DNA of 64,000 nucleotides, from the IMG/VR virus record IMGVR_UViG_3300045988_111115, positions 14,419-78,418 of that record. One strand, 5' to 3'. Positions 1 through 10,079 of this stretch are shown piece by piece. The position numbers were made by a program, and so were the translations under genes. Under the pieces are notes generated by a model. It saw nothing but the letters and a program-made list of their open reading frames with translations. It did no database searches and was not told the origin of the DNA. The number at the start of each line of letters is the position of its first letter. Position 1 is the stretch's first letter. The stretch comes from a virus.

Positions 1-52
1 TACAGACAATAATATAATTGCTTATACAGAGGATATAACCTCTACTCAAAAG

Positions 53-436
53 ATGTTATGTAAGTCTACTAAGATATGTTCAGAATATCCTAATAAGTTG
101 GATAAACCACTGTTTGATTATGTACTGCTCAATGCACAAAAAGTACTAAGAGAAATAACAGACCTTGACAACTTATCAGGTGGTGAAGCTAAGTTAGCTT
201 TAAAGACTTTTCCTCAATGCGGGCAAGACAGTTATTTCAAAGTGCAAGATGAGGGAGTACATTTTATGTGCTATGTAATTATGGAAGAGAACTACTTTCA
301 TAATGAGTATAAGACACAAGAGGGTTATACTAAGATGAGCATTTATGACCTTGATAAAGATACTCTTGACCCTGTATCTAAAGTGTTTTTAAAGCACTTT
401 ACACACGTACAGAAAGGGGGAAGTGCAAATGTCTGA
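53..436 (+). CDS. hypothetical protein
   Basis: Long + strand ORF in a co-directional gene train. No motif recognised. Confidence 0.35.
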   Translation: MLCKSTKICSEYPNKLDKPLFDYVLLNAQKVLREITDLDNLSGGEAKLALKTFPQCGQDSYFKVQDEGVHFMCYVIMEENYFHNEYKTQEGYTKMSIYDLDKDTLDPVSKVFLKHFTHVQKGGSANV

Positions 437-812
437 TAACTATACTACAACAGGCACGTTTACAAACATTGATATAACACACAAGCCAAAACGTATGCAG
501 GGAGAAAACTTTAAGAATACACCCTTACATATAGGCTTAAAAGATGAAGACCAACCTATTACAGCAAAGGAGAAAGGTACTGTACCTACATACATTACAC
601 TTGAAAGAGCCATAGCATACTTTGAGGAGCAGTCTAACTCTTTAACCCCTGAGGGTAAGTTCTATAGTGCCACTGCTGATTGGTTGAAAGAACTCTTAGA
701 GATAAGAGCCAATAAGGTAGTAAATGTTACAAAAGCACTTGTAGCAACAGCAAAGGATAAATTTATAGAAGACCTTGCTACTACTAATGAAAGTGGGGGA
801 AGTAAAAGATGA
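423..812 (+). CDS. hypothetical protein
   Basis: ORF overlaps its neighbours by a few nt, the usual phage operon packing. No motif recognised. Confidence 0.35.
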   Translation: MQMSDNYTTTGTFTNIDITHKPKRMQGENFKNTPLHIGLKDEDQPITAKEKGTVPTYITLERAIAYFEEQSNSLTPEGKFYSATADWLKELLEIRANKVVNVTKALVATAKDKFIEDLATTNESGGSKR

Positions 813-1396
813 AAGCTGAGATTAAGGTAAATGATAAAGTAATTGAAGTAGAACTAACTACAGAACAAATACAAGAGTTAGGACTATTTGATGAGCCAAA
901 GAAAAAGAAAACGGGTTTTGAGCCTACATCAATAGGCGGAGACTATTATATTATAACAACTCATAATGTTGAAAAGCATATTAATAGAGGGAATGGAAAT
1001 GATATTCAGAATCGGGCTTCAGATAACTATTTCACAAGTTATGACCTTGCTTCTGATTTAAGAAGAGCCTTTCATCTTAATCTCCGAATGTTAAAGTGGC
1101 AAGCAGAAAATGATGAACCTGCATATGCTTATGACATAGAGGGCTTTGCTTTTGGCCGTTATATTATAACTTACTTCTATAATGCTAATACCTATACAGG
1201 AGACTTGTGTCCTAAGTGTGTTAAGCCTGAATACAGTTCACCATTTATGGTGTACTTTAGTTCTGAAGAGAAAGCGTGGAAAGCTATAGAAGAGTTTAGA
1301 AGAGATTTAATATGGTATCACGAAGCATTTAAGTGTAGAAGAGATACTATAACCGAAAGTGATATAAGAGTGAAAAATGGAGGGCAATTATGTTGA
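809..1396 (+). CDS. hypothetical protein
   Basis: ORF translationally coupled to its neighbours. CPKC motif only. Confidence 0.35.
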   Translation: MKAEIKVNDKVIEVELTTEQIQELGLFDEPKKKKTGFEPTSIGGDYYIITTHNVEKHINRGNGNDIQNRASDNYFTSYDLASDLRRAFHLNLRMLKWQAENDEPAYAYDIEGFAFGRYIITYFYNANTYTGDLCPKCVKPEYSSPFMVYFSSEEKAWKAIEEFRRDLIWYHEAFKCRRDTITESDIRVKNGGQLC

Positions 1397-2262
1397 GGAA
1401 GATTATACCCTTAGTCAATAACCTAAGTAAGCTTTATATCCTTAATGAAGAGGGTGTACCTTGTTTTGTACACTCTAAGGAATACCCTAATGTTGCAACA
1501 CAACCAATAGTGCCACGCTTCAATGGTTATACCTGTGTTGAAGACTATATGAAAGATGATATAAAATACATAGTACCTATGACCGCAAAAGAGATTGAAA
1601 GCAAGGAAGAGCAGTTAGAAAAGTTGCAGAGTAAAGACTTCTATGTTGAAGAAAAGTTTGACGGTACAAGAGGTATAATGCACTTTTATACTTGTGACCC
1701 AAAAACACTTAGAGAAAAGTACTACCCGAACTATAAGGAAGATGAAAAGCAGTATCTAAGTGTATGCCTGTTACAAGGAAGCTCGATTGTAGACGGTAAA
1801 CGCAGAATTTATGACTACTTTCTGACACACTCTAAGTCTAAGGATAGAGTAGACTTTTTAAAGCAAGAGTATGGTATAGGAGGGTATACAGGTTATCCCA
1901 TATCTTGTAGCTTTAACAGTAAAGGTTTTACTATAGATATGCCAAGTGACAAAGAGATAAATGGACGTTATAGTAAAAGCATAACTTACACGTGGAAAAC
2001 TATTGCCGAAGAGATACAACACCTGATAGATATAAAGCACTACTATGCACAAAAGGGTTATACAAGAGTGTTCAGTAGACGTGAAAGCAAAAAGACAGGT
2101 TGGCTCACTGAGAATACAGATAGTGTACCACAGCTAAGAGATTTAAACCGACCTGAACTTGCAGGTACTATAATTGATGGTGAGATGTTTATACCTAATC
2201 AACCTTTTAAAGCTGTAGCAAGTACCCTAAACTGTAAGTGGGTAACTAAACTGTTACAATAA
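1390..2262 (+). CDS. ATP-dependent DNA ligase, exon 1 (adenylation domain; interrupted by intron)
   Basis: Motif I KxDGxR is present as EEKFDGTRG, and motif III as IIDGEMF. The ORF then runs into a stop at 2260-2262 and the ligase motifs resume at 4798 onward. The true 3' end of exon 1 is probably a little upstream of 2262. Confidence 0.7.
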   Translation: MLRKIIPLVNNLSKLYILNEEGVPCFVHSKEYPNVATQPIVPRFNGYTCVEDYMKDDIKYIVPMTAKEIESKEEQLEKLQSKDFYVEEKFDGTRGIMHFYTCDPKTLREKYYPNYKEDEKQYLSVCLLQGSSIVDGKRRIYDYFLTHSKSKDRVDFLKQEYGIGGYTGYPISCSFNSKGFTIDMPSDKEINGRYSKSITYTWKTIAEEIQHLIDIKHYYAQKGYTRVFSRRESKKTGWLTENTDSVPQLRDLNRPELAGTIIDGEMFIPNQPFKAVASTLNCKWVTKLLQ

Positions 2263-2843
2263 ATATAAACAAATCTGCACAAATTTGTGCAGTGGTATAG
2301 ATTTTATTAAGCAGAAAGCCCTTTGTATCGAGAAATCGGTGCAAACTCAGTGTTAATTGCTTTTAATCCCTAAAGCCTTACACCTAAACAGTAATCCGAA
2401 AGGATAAACTGAACGGTACGAAAGTAGAAAAAACGTAAGGATGGCATATGGTGAAATAAAAGTACCTCAGTGTTAATGATAGGACAGATAATTTCTGACG
2501 TGACACATTAAAAACGGGTATCCTAAGTGCTTAAGCAATGGGTGTTTAGCAGCGAAAGCCCTAAGTCTTTTTATAAGATATGGGACACGTTCAACGACTA
2601 TCTCCTTGAGGGAGAGTAAAACCACAAGCTAATGGTGGAAGAAAAATACTGCCCCACACTACTATGTGGGTGAAGATATAGTCTACGCTTATGTGAAAGC
2701 ATAAGAGGTCTGTCGGTAACGATAAGACTGCTATAAGGTTGCGACTTATAGTGAATGAGATAAATATATACATATTTAATTTATTTATATAAATCTATTG
2801 ACAACAATATAAAATTATGATACCATAGATATATAAAAATAAT
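2263..2843 (+). ncRNA. group I intron ribozyme core (5' part of IStron)
   Basis: R-like element GTTCAACGACTATC at 2589-2602 and S-like element AAGATATAGTC at 2673-2683 give a P7 pairing of GACTA with TAGTC. Candidate P and Q elements sit at ~2356-2370 and ~2393-2410. The ~480 nt stretch is GC-enriched, non-coding and structured. Confidence 0.6.
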
Positions 2844-2858
2844 ATGGTGGTGAATTTT

Positions 2859-3479
2859 ATGGAATTGTTAAGCATAGGTAAATTTGCTAAAACTGTAGGA
2901 GTAACTACGACAACATTAAGAAGAATGCATCAAAGTGGCGAGTTAATTCCTGCACATATTTCAAATGGTGGAACAAGGTATTATTCTACGGAACAATTAA
3001 AATTATTCCAATCAAGTAATAATGAAAGAATAGTTATTGGTTATTGTAGAGTAAGTACTCCATCACAAAAAGACGATTTAGAAACACAAGTACAAAATGT
3101 TAAATCATATATGTATGCTAAGGGATATAAATTTGACATTATAAAAGACATTGGTTCGGGTATAAATTATAAAAAGAAAGGTTTAAAAGAACTCATTAAT
3201 AGGATAGAAAATAATGAAGTTTCTAAAGTTGTAATTTTATATAAAGATAGGTTGATTCGATTTGGATTTGAATTAATTGAATATTTGTGTGAAATTAATA
3301 ACGTAGAAATAGAAGTTATAGACAATTCGGAATGTAGTAAAGAGAAAGAATTAACAGATGATTTAATTCAAATTATTACAGTTTTTGCGAATAGATTGTA
3401 TGGACAACGTTCAAAGAAAACAAAACGACTTATTAATGAGGTGAGAAACAATGCTGATAACAAAGAAAATCAGACTTAA
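2859..3479 (+). CDS. tnpA: IS607-family transposase TnpA (serine recombinase with N-terminal MerR-like HTH)
   Basis: HTH FAKTVGVTTTTLRRM and resolvase catalytic region YCRVSTPSQ. The ORF track starts at 2844, but the in-frame ATG at 2859 has the better RBS. Overlaps tnpB as in IS607. Confidence 0.8.
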   Translation: MELLSIGKFAKTVGVTTTTLRRMHQSGELIPAHISNGGTRYYSTEQLKLFQSSNNERIVIGYCRVSTPSQKDDLETQVQNVKSYMYAKGYKFDIIKDIGSGINYKKKGLKELINRIENNEVSKVVILYKDRLIRFGFELIEYLCEINNVEIEVIDNSECSKEKELTDDLIQIITVFANRLYGQRSKKTKRLINEVRNNADNKENQT

Positions 3480-4629
3480 ACCGACAACTGAACAAGAAAT
3501 ATTATTTCGTAAAAGTGCTGGTGTATCGAGATGGGCATATAATTTCTTTTTAGGTGAGAATGAACGAATATACAGAGAGTATATTGACAATGGAAAAGTT
3601 GGTAAGAAAAGCATTAGCGAAGGTGATGTTAGGAAATACATAAATAATATATTAAAACCAACTACTCATTCTTGGCTCAAAGAAGTTGGAAGTAATGTAA
3701 TGAAACAAGGTGTTAAAGATGCCAGTCTTGCATTGCAAAGATATTTTAAAGGCTTGTCTGGAAAGCCCAAATTTAAGTCCAAACATAAAGACAGACCGAG
3801 TTTTTATGTCAATTATGAAAGTCTTTCAAGAAAACAAGGTGGTTTTCAAGGAGAAAAAATAGGCTTTGTAAAAACATCGGAGGCACTTCCTAAACTAAAT
3901 AAAAATGAAAAATATTCAAATCCAAGAATAACGTTTGACGGAAAATATTGGTATCTATCTGTTGGCTATGAAGTGCAAGAAAGCACAGTGGAATTAACAG
4001 ACGAAAGTTTAGGAATAGATTTAGGAGTTAAAGATTTAGCAATTTGTTCAAACGGAAAGGTTTATAAAAATATAAACAAAACTCAAAGAGTTAAAAAGTT
4101 AGAGAAGAAACTAAAACGTGAACAGCGAAAATTATCAAGGAAGATTGAAAATAATATTCAATCATATAAATCAAATAGAAACCCTATATACAAAAGACCT
4201 TTGAAAGAATGTCAAAACATTCAAAAACAAAATCGTCTAATACGAAATATACATAGAAAACTTGCAAATATTCGTCAAAACCATTTACATCAAACAACGA
4301 CAGAGATAGTGAAAACCAAACCATCTCGAATAGTTATGGAAAGTTTAAATGTAAGTGGAATGATGAAAAATAAACATTTATCAAAAGCAATACAACAACA
4401 AAAATTTTATGAATTCAAAAGACAAATTGAATATAAGTCAAAACTAAATGGGATTGAATTCATTCAAGTTGATAAGTTTTATCCAAGTAGTAAAACTTGT
4501 AGTTGTTGTGGAAATATCAAGAAAGATTTAAAACTTTCGGACAGAATGTATAAATGTGATGTTTGTGGTCTGGTTATTGACCGAGATTACAATGCAAGTA
4601 TAAATTTAGCAAATTATGAAGTTATATAA
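3451..4629 (+). CDS. tnpB: TnpB (OrfB) RuvC-like RNA-guided nuclease of an IS605/IS607-family element
   Basis: N-terminal IRLKPTxEQ motif, RuvC-I IDLGVKD, and C-terminal zinc finger CSCCGN...CDVCG followed by DRDYNASINL (RuvC-III). Confidence 0.8.
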   Translation: MLITKKIRLKPTTEQEILFRKSAGVSRWAYNFFLGENERIYREYIDNGKVGKKSISEGDVRKYINNILKPTTHSWLKEVGSNVMKQGVKDASLALQRYFKGLSGKPKFKSKHKDRPSFYVNYESLSRKQGGFQGEKIGFVKTSEALPKLNKNEKYSNPRITFDGKYWYLSVGYEVQESTVELTDESLGIDLGVKDLAICSNGKVYKNINKTQRVKKLEKKLKREQRKLSRKIENNIQSYKSNRNPIYKRPLKECQNIQKQNRLIRNIHRKLANIRQNHLHQTTTEIVKTKPSRIVMESLNVSGMMKNKHLSKAIQQQKFYEFKRQIEYKSKLNGIEFIQVDKFYPSSKTCSCCGNIKKDLKLSDRMYKCDVCGLVIDRDYNASINLANYEVI

Positions 4630-4797
4630 ATTCACTTAAAAGAATTATATAACTATGTACCTATCGCTATTAGGGAATTTACGTCTATGGAGTGTCATAA
4701 CAAATGAAAGTAGCTACGGCAAAATCAGACACGTTGAAGTAGAAAGTCTTAATCGTGAGATAAGGCACAGTATAGATTTATATAAATTAGTTGTAAT

Positions 4798-5814
4798 TTG
4801 TATATGTTTATCATAGCGGATAAAGCTATAACAAGACAGCTTGAATTAGGTGGTGTAGTATTCCACGCTTTTGATATACTTTTCTTTAAAGGTATTGACT
4901 TACGTAAAATGCCTTTGGAAAGACGTAAAGTGTATCTGCATATAGTATGTGATACTTTAAATTCACCTTTTGTGAAAGAGGTAAAGTACTATGATGAAGA
5001 CGGAATAGTAGTACCCCTTTTAAGTATGTCTGATAGGGATAGAATATTGAATAACCCTGAACTATATCCGAATTTAGCTGAGGATATAAAGCACTATATG
5101 TCAAATGCACTGTATTATGAGGAAGATGAGAGTAATGACGGTGAGCCTTTACCTTTTAGAATTTCCAAAGCTTCTTACTATGAGTATATAGTCTTTACAG
5201 GAGGAGAGGGAGTAGTAGTAAAGCCTAAGACAGGTAAGTACTATCACAAAAGAGGTAGAGAGTATGAGAAGATAAAGAAGTTCCTAACAAGAGAATGTAT
5301 TATCTGTGGTTTTACCCCACCTACACAAGCGTATAAGGGTAAGTTCCCTGATGATAGTTGGTCCTATTGGATAGACAATGAGACAGGAGAAAAGCAAGAC
5401 CCTGAAGAGTGTGCTAATATGTCAGCTAAGAAGTTACAAAAGACTTGCACACCTGTTACAAAGTACTACTTTGAAAATTGGGTAGGTAATGTAGAGTATG
5501 GAGTGCTAATCTCCGAAGATGAGATTAAGAAGTTACCTAAGAACAAAAATCACGATATTAGGACAGTCGAAGTATTGACAGACTATAATGACAGAAAGTA
5601 TCTAAAAGTACTTGTTGTAGGTGAATGTAGTGGTTTTGATGATGATGAGAGAGCGTGGTTTACTGAACATAAAGATGAAGTAATCGGTCAAGTAATCGAA
5701 GTCAAAGCTAATGAGATATTCAGAGATACAGGTAAACTTAGACACCCTCGCTATTTGAGACTAAGACCTGATAAGTCGGCTGAACAGTGTACCTTTAAAG
5801 AGCATATACTTTAA
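4798..5814 (+). CDS. ATP-dependent DNA ligase, exon 2 (motifs IIIa-VI)
   Basis: FHAFDILFF (motif IIIa), PLERRK, EGVVVKP (motif IV) and EKIKK (motif V). The real 5' exon boundary is probably 10-30 nt downstream of 4798. Confidence 0.7.
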   Translation: MYMFIIADKAITRQLELGGVVFHAFDILFFKGIDLRKMPLERRKVYLHIVCDTLNSPFVKEVKYYDEDGIVVPLLSMSDRDRILNNPELYPNLAEDIKHYMSNALYYEEDESNDGEPLPFRISKASYYEYIVFTGGEGVVVKPKTGKYYHKRGREYEKIKKFLTRECIICGFTPPTQAYKGKFPDDSWSYWIDNETGEKQDPEECANMSAKKLQKTCTPVTKYYFENWVGNVEYGVLISEDEIKKLPKNKNHDIRTVEVLTDYNDRKYLKVLVVGECSGFDDDERAWFTEHKDEVIGQVIEVKANEIFRDTGKLRHPRYLRLRPDKSAEQCTFKEHIL

Positions 5815-5823
5815 ATTTTAAGC

Positions 5824-5839
5824 AAAGCTATTTACAAAT
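5824..5839 (+). promoter_or_regulatory. 16-mer AAAGCTATTTACAAAT, identical copy at 17268-17283; candidate late-gene promoter/activator site
   Basis: Exact 16/16 repeat upstream of the terminase and tape-measure genes. It includes a TACAAAT -10-like hexamer. Confidence 0.4.
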
Positions 5840-5859
5840 TCGGTAAATATGTATATAAT

Positions 5860-5895
5860 AGTCCTGTAATAAATTCATTGCAGGACTATTTTTTA
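5860..5895 (+). terminator. hairpin AGTCCTG-N14-CAGGACT followed by a T-run, in the terminase leader
   Basis: 7-bp perfect stem followed by ATTTTTT. It lies between the ligase stop and the terminase RBS. Confidence 0.5.
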
Positions 5896-5919
5896 TGCAG
5901 TATTTAAGGAGGAGTAACA

Positions 5920-7623
5920 TTGCGTAGACTAAAGATTGAATTTATATTTTTATTTATTTACATTTTAATTTTTGTAGATAGCCATTTGCAGAGGTTATCT
6001 AATTCTATATTTACACTAAAAGCAAATGCAGGTAGAGTAACTACAGCAGAGTTAGTAAACAGAATATATAGTTTTTGTGAAGTACTTACAGGTAAAGTGC
6101 TTTACCCTTATCAAGAGCAGTTCTCAAAGCGTGTTATACGTTCCATTTTAGAGAATGACGGTGAAGAAATAACATCATTATTCGCCCGACAGTCAGGTAA
6201 GTCTGAAACAATATCAGATACAGTATCAGGACTTATGGTTATACTTCCGATACTTGCTAATATGCCAATGTTCGCAGATGATAAACGACTTATGATGTTT
6301 AAAGAGGGTTTTACAGTAGGTATATTCGCACCTGGACAGCACCAAGCACAAATCACATACAACCGTATCCGTTCAAGGTTGACAGGTAAGACTGCACAGA
6401 AAGTACTGCACGACCCCGAAATTATGCTTAACTTCACTACTTCAAACGGTACTACTTGCTCATTAAGTAATGGCTCATTCGTTACAGCTATTTCAGCTTC
6501 CGACCAATCAAACATTGAGGGTGAAAGTTTTATGCTAATCATATGTGAAGAGTGTCAGGATATAAGTAACTTTAAGATAACTAAGTCTATTCACCCTATG
6601 GGTGCGGCTTACAATGCTACTATTGTTAAGATAGGTACTGCTACAACCTTTAAAGGAAACTTCTACTTTGCTATACAGAGAAATAAAAAGAACGACGCTT
6701 TAAAATCTTCACATATCCGCAATCACTTTGAGTATGATTGGAAGATAGCCGCCAAGTACAACCCTAAGTATGCAAGGTATGTAGAGAAAGAGAAGTTGCG
6801 TTTAGGAGAAAACTCAGATGAGTTCAGAATGTCATATTGTCTTGAATGGATTATAGAAAGAGGTATGTTTATAGATATAGATATATTTGAACAGAATAAT
6901 GGTGAGCCATTACTTGATAGAGTAATGTATGATAAAAAAGCCGTACATTGTGCAGGTATAGATATAGGTGGAGCAAATGATGATACCATTATAACTGAAT
7001 GTGAAGTAGATTGGAGTACACCTGTTATCAGTGAAACACGTACTGACCCTGAAACAGGAGAAGATATGATGTATGAGTGTTACAACAGCTACTTAAAAGA
7101 TTGGTTTTGTATCCATAATGTACCAAACCACGAGGAGCAATATCCTATGATTATAGACTACCTGAGCCACTTTAATAATGCAAGGGTGGTATGTGACGCT
7201 ACAAGAGAGCGAAGTGTGTCAGATAGACTACAGGCAAACTTAAAGTGTGAAGTAATACCTTTTGTATTCACCCCAAAGAGTAAGTCGGAATTATACAAGA
7301 CTTTAGAGCGTGAAATAAGTTCAGGTAGAGCGAGAGTTTGTATGTCCGAGAAAGCTAAGCAGTCAAAAGAGTATCAAGACTTTATACATCAGTTAGGAGA
7401 CCTACAAAAAGGTTGGAGAGGTAGTAACCTTGTAGTAGCACACCCTGATGAAAAGGACGCACACGACGATTACCCTGATAGTTGGGCTTTAGCAGTATGG
7501 GGCTGTACTACTAAAGGGTCTACTACAGTACCTGAAACTTTTGGTAACAGCTTTACACAGAAGACACAAAATCAAATAAAATCAAAAAGAAGTGCTAATA
7601 GACTTATGGCACGTAGAAGATAG
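5920..7623 (+). CDS. terminase large subunit
   Basis: Walker A-like ARQSGKSE, the acidic ICEECQD segment, and the nuclease-like C-terminal half. It sits immediately upstream of the portal. TTG start after AAGGAGG. Confidence 0.75.
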   Translation: MRRLKIEFIFLFIYILIFVDSHLQRLSNSIFTLKANAGRVTTAELVNRIYSFCEVLTGKVLYPYQEQFSKRVIRSILENDGEEITSLFARQSGKSETISDTVSGLMVILPILANMPMFADDKRLMMFKEGFTVGIFAPGQHQAQITYNRIRSRLTGKTAQKVLHDPEIMLNFTTSNGTTCSLSNGSFVTAISASDQSNIEGESFMLIICEECQDISNFKITKSIHPMGAAYNATIVKIGTATTFKGNFYFAIQRNKKNDALKSSHIRNHFEYDWKIAAKYNPKYARYVEKEKLRLGENSDEFRMSYCLEWIIERGMFIDIDIFEQNNGEPLLDRVMYDKKAVHCAGIDIGGANDDTIITECEVDWSTPVISETRTDPETGEDMMYECYNSYLKDWFCIHNVPNHEEQYPMIIDYLSHFNNARVVCDATRERSVSDRLQANLKCEVIPFVFTPKSKSELYKTLEREISSGRARVCMSEKAKQSKEYQDFIHQLGDLQKGWRGSNLVVAHPDEKDAHDDYPDSWALAVWGCTTKGSTTVPETFGNSFTQKTQNQIKSKRSANRLMARRR

Positions 7624-7637
7624 AGAGGAGAAGTAGT

Positions 7638-9164
7638 ATGTTAGGTTTTGAAAGAACAAGAAGTTTTAATGACCTGTCAAATGCTAATTTAGTAGGTTTA
7701 CAAGGAGAGTTAGACGCTAAGCAATCGGAGCGTTTGTCCAGAATAAGACGTTATTGGAACTTCTATGAGGGTTATCATTGGGAAGAACTTGCCGAGCAAG
7801 AGGGAACAGAAATGACAGTGAATTACTGTAGAGCCTTTGTAAACAAGTATGTGTCCTTTGAGTTAGGAGATAGCTTTACTTATGGTGTACATAAGAACGC
7901 AGAAAACGCAATAGTAACACCCGACGGTAAAACACTATTTGAGTATATAGAGAGTGTTTGGGTTGATAATAAACAGTACAACTTTTCTACAGAGTTCGGT
8001 CAAATGAAGTCTGTTACAGGCGAGAGTTGGGTACAAGTAAAATATGTAGCACAAGGTGAAGAGCCTGACCCATTTAACAAGTACCCTAACGGTAGAATAA
8101 GATTGATATTACTACCTACTCATACGGTATTCCCTGAATATGCCGAACACGACAGAGACAGACTTGTCAAGGTGACTATAATGTATATGTATGAAGCTAC
8201 TGAACAACCGACCTTTTTAAGAGGTAAAGCAAGTAAGAAGCAAGTAATATATAAGCAAGTATGGACAGATAAAGAGTGTGTTATTTACGACGGAGATAAA
8301 GAGCCACAGCATTTTGTAAACCGCTATGGATTTATACCTTTTGTTAAGACTAATAACCTTGATATAGCAGGTAAGTCAGAGGGAGTAAGCGACCTTGAAG
8401 ACCTTATCCCTTTGAACACTGCATACAACTTAAAAGAAAGTAATATGTCAGAGATACTTGACTATCACGCAGCCCCTGTAACCTTGGTATTCGGTGCTAA
8501 GATAGGTAATCTTGAAAAAGGTGCTAATAAACTATGGGGAGGTATGCCTAAAGACGCTAAAGTACAAAACCTTGAACTAAATGGTGACTTAGGTGCAAGT
8601 AGACTATTTGCAGAAAACTTAAAGCTTGCTATGTGTGAGATAGGTGGTATGCCTGAAAGTACCTTAGGTGGCTCACAGGCTATCAGTAATACAAGTGGTG
8701 TTGCACTACAGTATATGAATTTGCCACTTATTGACCGTACAAAGATTAAGAAGAACAATACAGAAGACGGAATAGAGAGAATTAATGAGATGATGTTACT
8801 TGTATCACTATATGAGGGACTAATCTTTAAGCCTGAAAATCTGCCACTAAGAGAACTACTGTACACTGAGGTAGCTATCCCTGATACACTACCTAAGGAC
8901 ACTCTTCTTGAACTACAACAGATACAGATTGAAATGCAACTTGGTCTTGAAAACCGTAAAGGTGCTATGAGAAGATTAGGTAAAGAGAATATAGAAACAT
9001 ATATGATAGAGATAGACAGAGAAAGAGAGGAACACCCTGAATTTTATGGTAGTGAAAGTCCACAACTAAACAGTGGTATGACTAACGGAGAAACACCAAA
9101 AGAGATGTACAATAAAGAAGTAAATGGTGAAAATAGAGGTCAAGCAAGAGAGACCGAATTATAA
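7638..9164 (+). CDS. portal protein
   Basis: 508 aa ORF directly after TerL with an acidic C-terminus, the usual portal position. Confidence 0.65.
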   Translation: MLGFERTRSFNDLSNANLVGLQGELDAKQSERLSRIRRYWNFYEGYHWEELAEQEGTEMTVNYCRAFVNKYVSFELGDSFTYGVHKNAENAIVTPDGKTLFEYIESVWVDNKQYNFSTEFGQMKSVTGESWVQVKYVAQGEEPDPFNKYPNGRIRLILLPTHTVFPEYAEHDRDRLVKVTIMYMYEATEQPTFLRGKASKKQVIYKQVWTDKECVIYDGDKEPQHFVNRYGFIPFVKTNNLDIAGKSEGVSDLEDLIPLNTAYNLKESNMSEILDYHAAPVTLVFGAKIGNLEKGANKLWGGMPKDAKVQNLELNGDLGASRLFAENLKLAMCEIGGMPESTLGGSQAISNTSGVALQYMNLPLIDRTKIKKNNTEDGIERINEMMLLVSLYEGLIFKPENLPLRELLYTEVAIPDTLPKDTLLELQQIQIEMQLGLENRKGAMRRLGKENIETYMIEIDREREEHPEFYGSESPQLNSGMTNGETPKEMYNKEVNGENRGQARETEL

Positions 9165-9182
9165 AAGTTTGTACCAAACCTC

Positions 9183-9211
9183 TTGACACAGTAATTTTAC
9201 TATGCTAAGAT
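9183..9211 (+). promoter_or_regulatory. sigma-70-like promoter TTGACA-17-TAAGAT
   Basis: Consensus -35 with a 17 nt spacer, upstream of the scaffold gene. Confidence 0.4.
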
Positions 9212-9242
9212 AAGTTTGTAAAAAATTTAAGGAGGAATTACA

Positions 9243-10043
9243 ATGAACACTAAAGGTAATTTTAAAGCAGAAGCAAAGGGAGCAATTAGACGTGTAATGT
9301 CAATGGTAGCACTAAGTGTATTTGCAGATGAGGGAGACCCTCAACCACCAACTAATACAGGTGCTACAAGTACTCAGCAAATCAACTATGAAGAGTTGAT
9401 TAAACAGGCAAGACAAGAAGAGAAAGATAAACTCTACGGTCAAATCAATACCCTAAAGGAACGAAACAAAGTATTAGTCGAAAGCAATAACGAAACACTT
9501 ATTAAGTGTGCAGAGTTAAAGGCTCAACTTGAAGCAGAAATCGCAAAGCAGAACAATGGGGAAAAGACAGAAGAAGTACTAAAACTTGAAAAGCGTATCA
9601 GTGAGTTGGAAGATGAGAATAAGACTTTAAAGGAAAGTACACCTGATGAAGCTACTCTAAGACAACAAATTGAAGCCGAGTTTACGGTGAAAAATCACCT
9701 AAGCACAGTTAAGGAAAAGAACAAAGACAAAGTACTTGATGTCTTTATGGACGAGATTACAGGTAACACTGTAGAAGAAATTGATAACTCTTTGGCTAAA
9801 GCTATTGAGAAGTCAGACAGTGTACGTAAGCAAGTAATCGGTGATAAGCCTGACGGTAATAAGAAACCACAGATTGGAGAAGACCCTAAAGACCCTAAGC
9901 AGAGTAAACCTGCAACACCACCTGTAGCAAACCCTAACGGCGGTAGTACAATGCCTAAAGGTTTTGACCCTGAGTATGTACGTGGCTTGCAACCTGGTAC
10001 ACCTGAGTATGAAGAGTTCAGAAAGTCATTAGGTCTACACTAA
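9243..10043 (+). CDS. scaffolding protein
   Basis: Coiled-coil protein rich in E, K and Q, located between portal and capsid. Confidence 0.6.
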   Translation: MNTKGNFKAEAKGAIRRVMSMVALSVFADEGDPQPPTNTGATSTQQINYEELIKQARQEEKDKLYGQINTLKERNKVLVESNNETLIKCAELKAQLEAEIAKQNNGEKTEEVLKLEKRISELEDENKTLKESTPDEATLRQQIEAEFTVKNHLSTVKEKNKDKVLDVFMDEITGNTVEEIDNSLAKAIEKSDSVRKQVIGDKPDGNKKPQIGEDPKDPKQSKPATPPVANPNGGSTMPKGFDPEYVRGLQPGTPEYEEFRKSLGLH

Positions 10044-10079
10044 AGACCTAACACAAATTGAAAGGAGTTTAACAAAACT

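Larger units (their letters stand above)
2263..4797 (+). mobile_element. IStron-like element: group I intron fused to an IS607-family tnpA-tnpB unit, inserted in the DNA ligase gene
   Basis: Group I core motifs lie in 2263-2843, immediately followed by an overlapping tnpA (serine recombinase) and tnpB and a ~170 nt structured right end. The ligase motifs are split exactly around this block. Boundaries are approximate, within about 40 nt. Confidence 0.65.

Noticed and set aside
5920-5990. Hydrophobic N-terminus of TerL (FIFLFIYILIFV) as a TM segment
   Set aside because: It is most likely translated leader sequence from an early alternative start. The ATPase core begins downstream.
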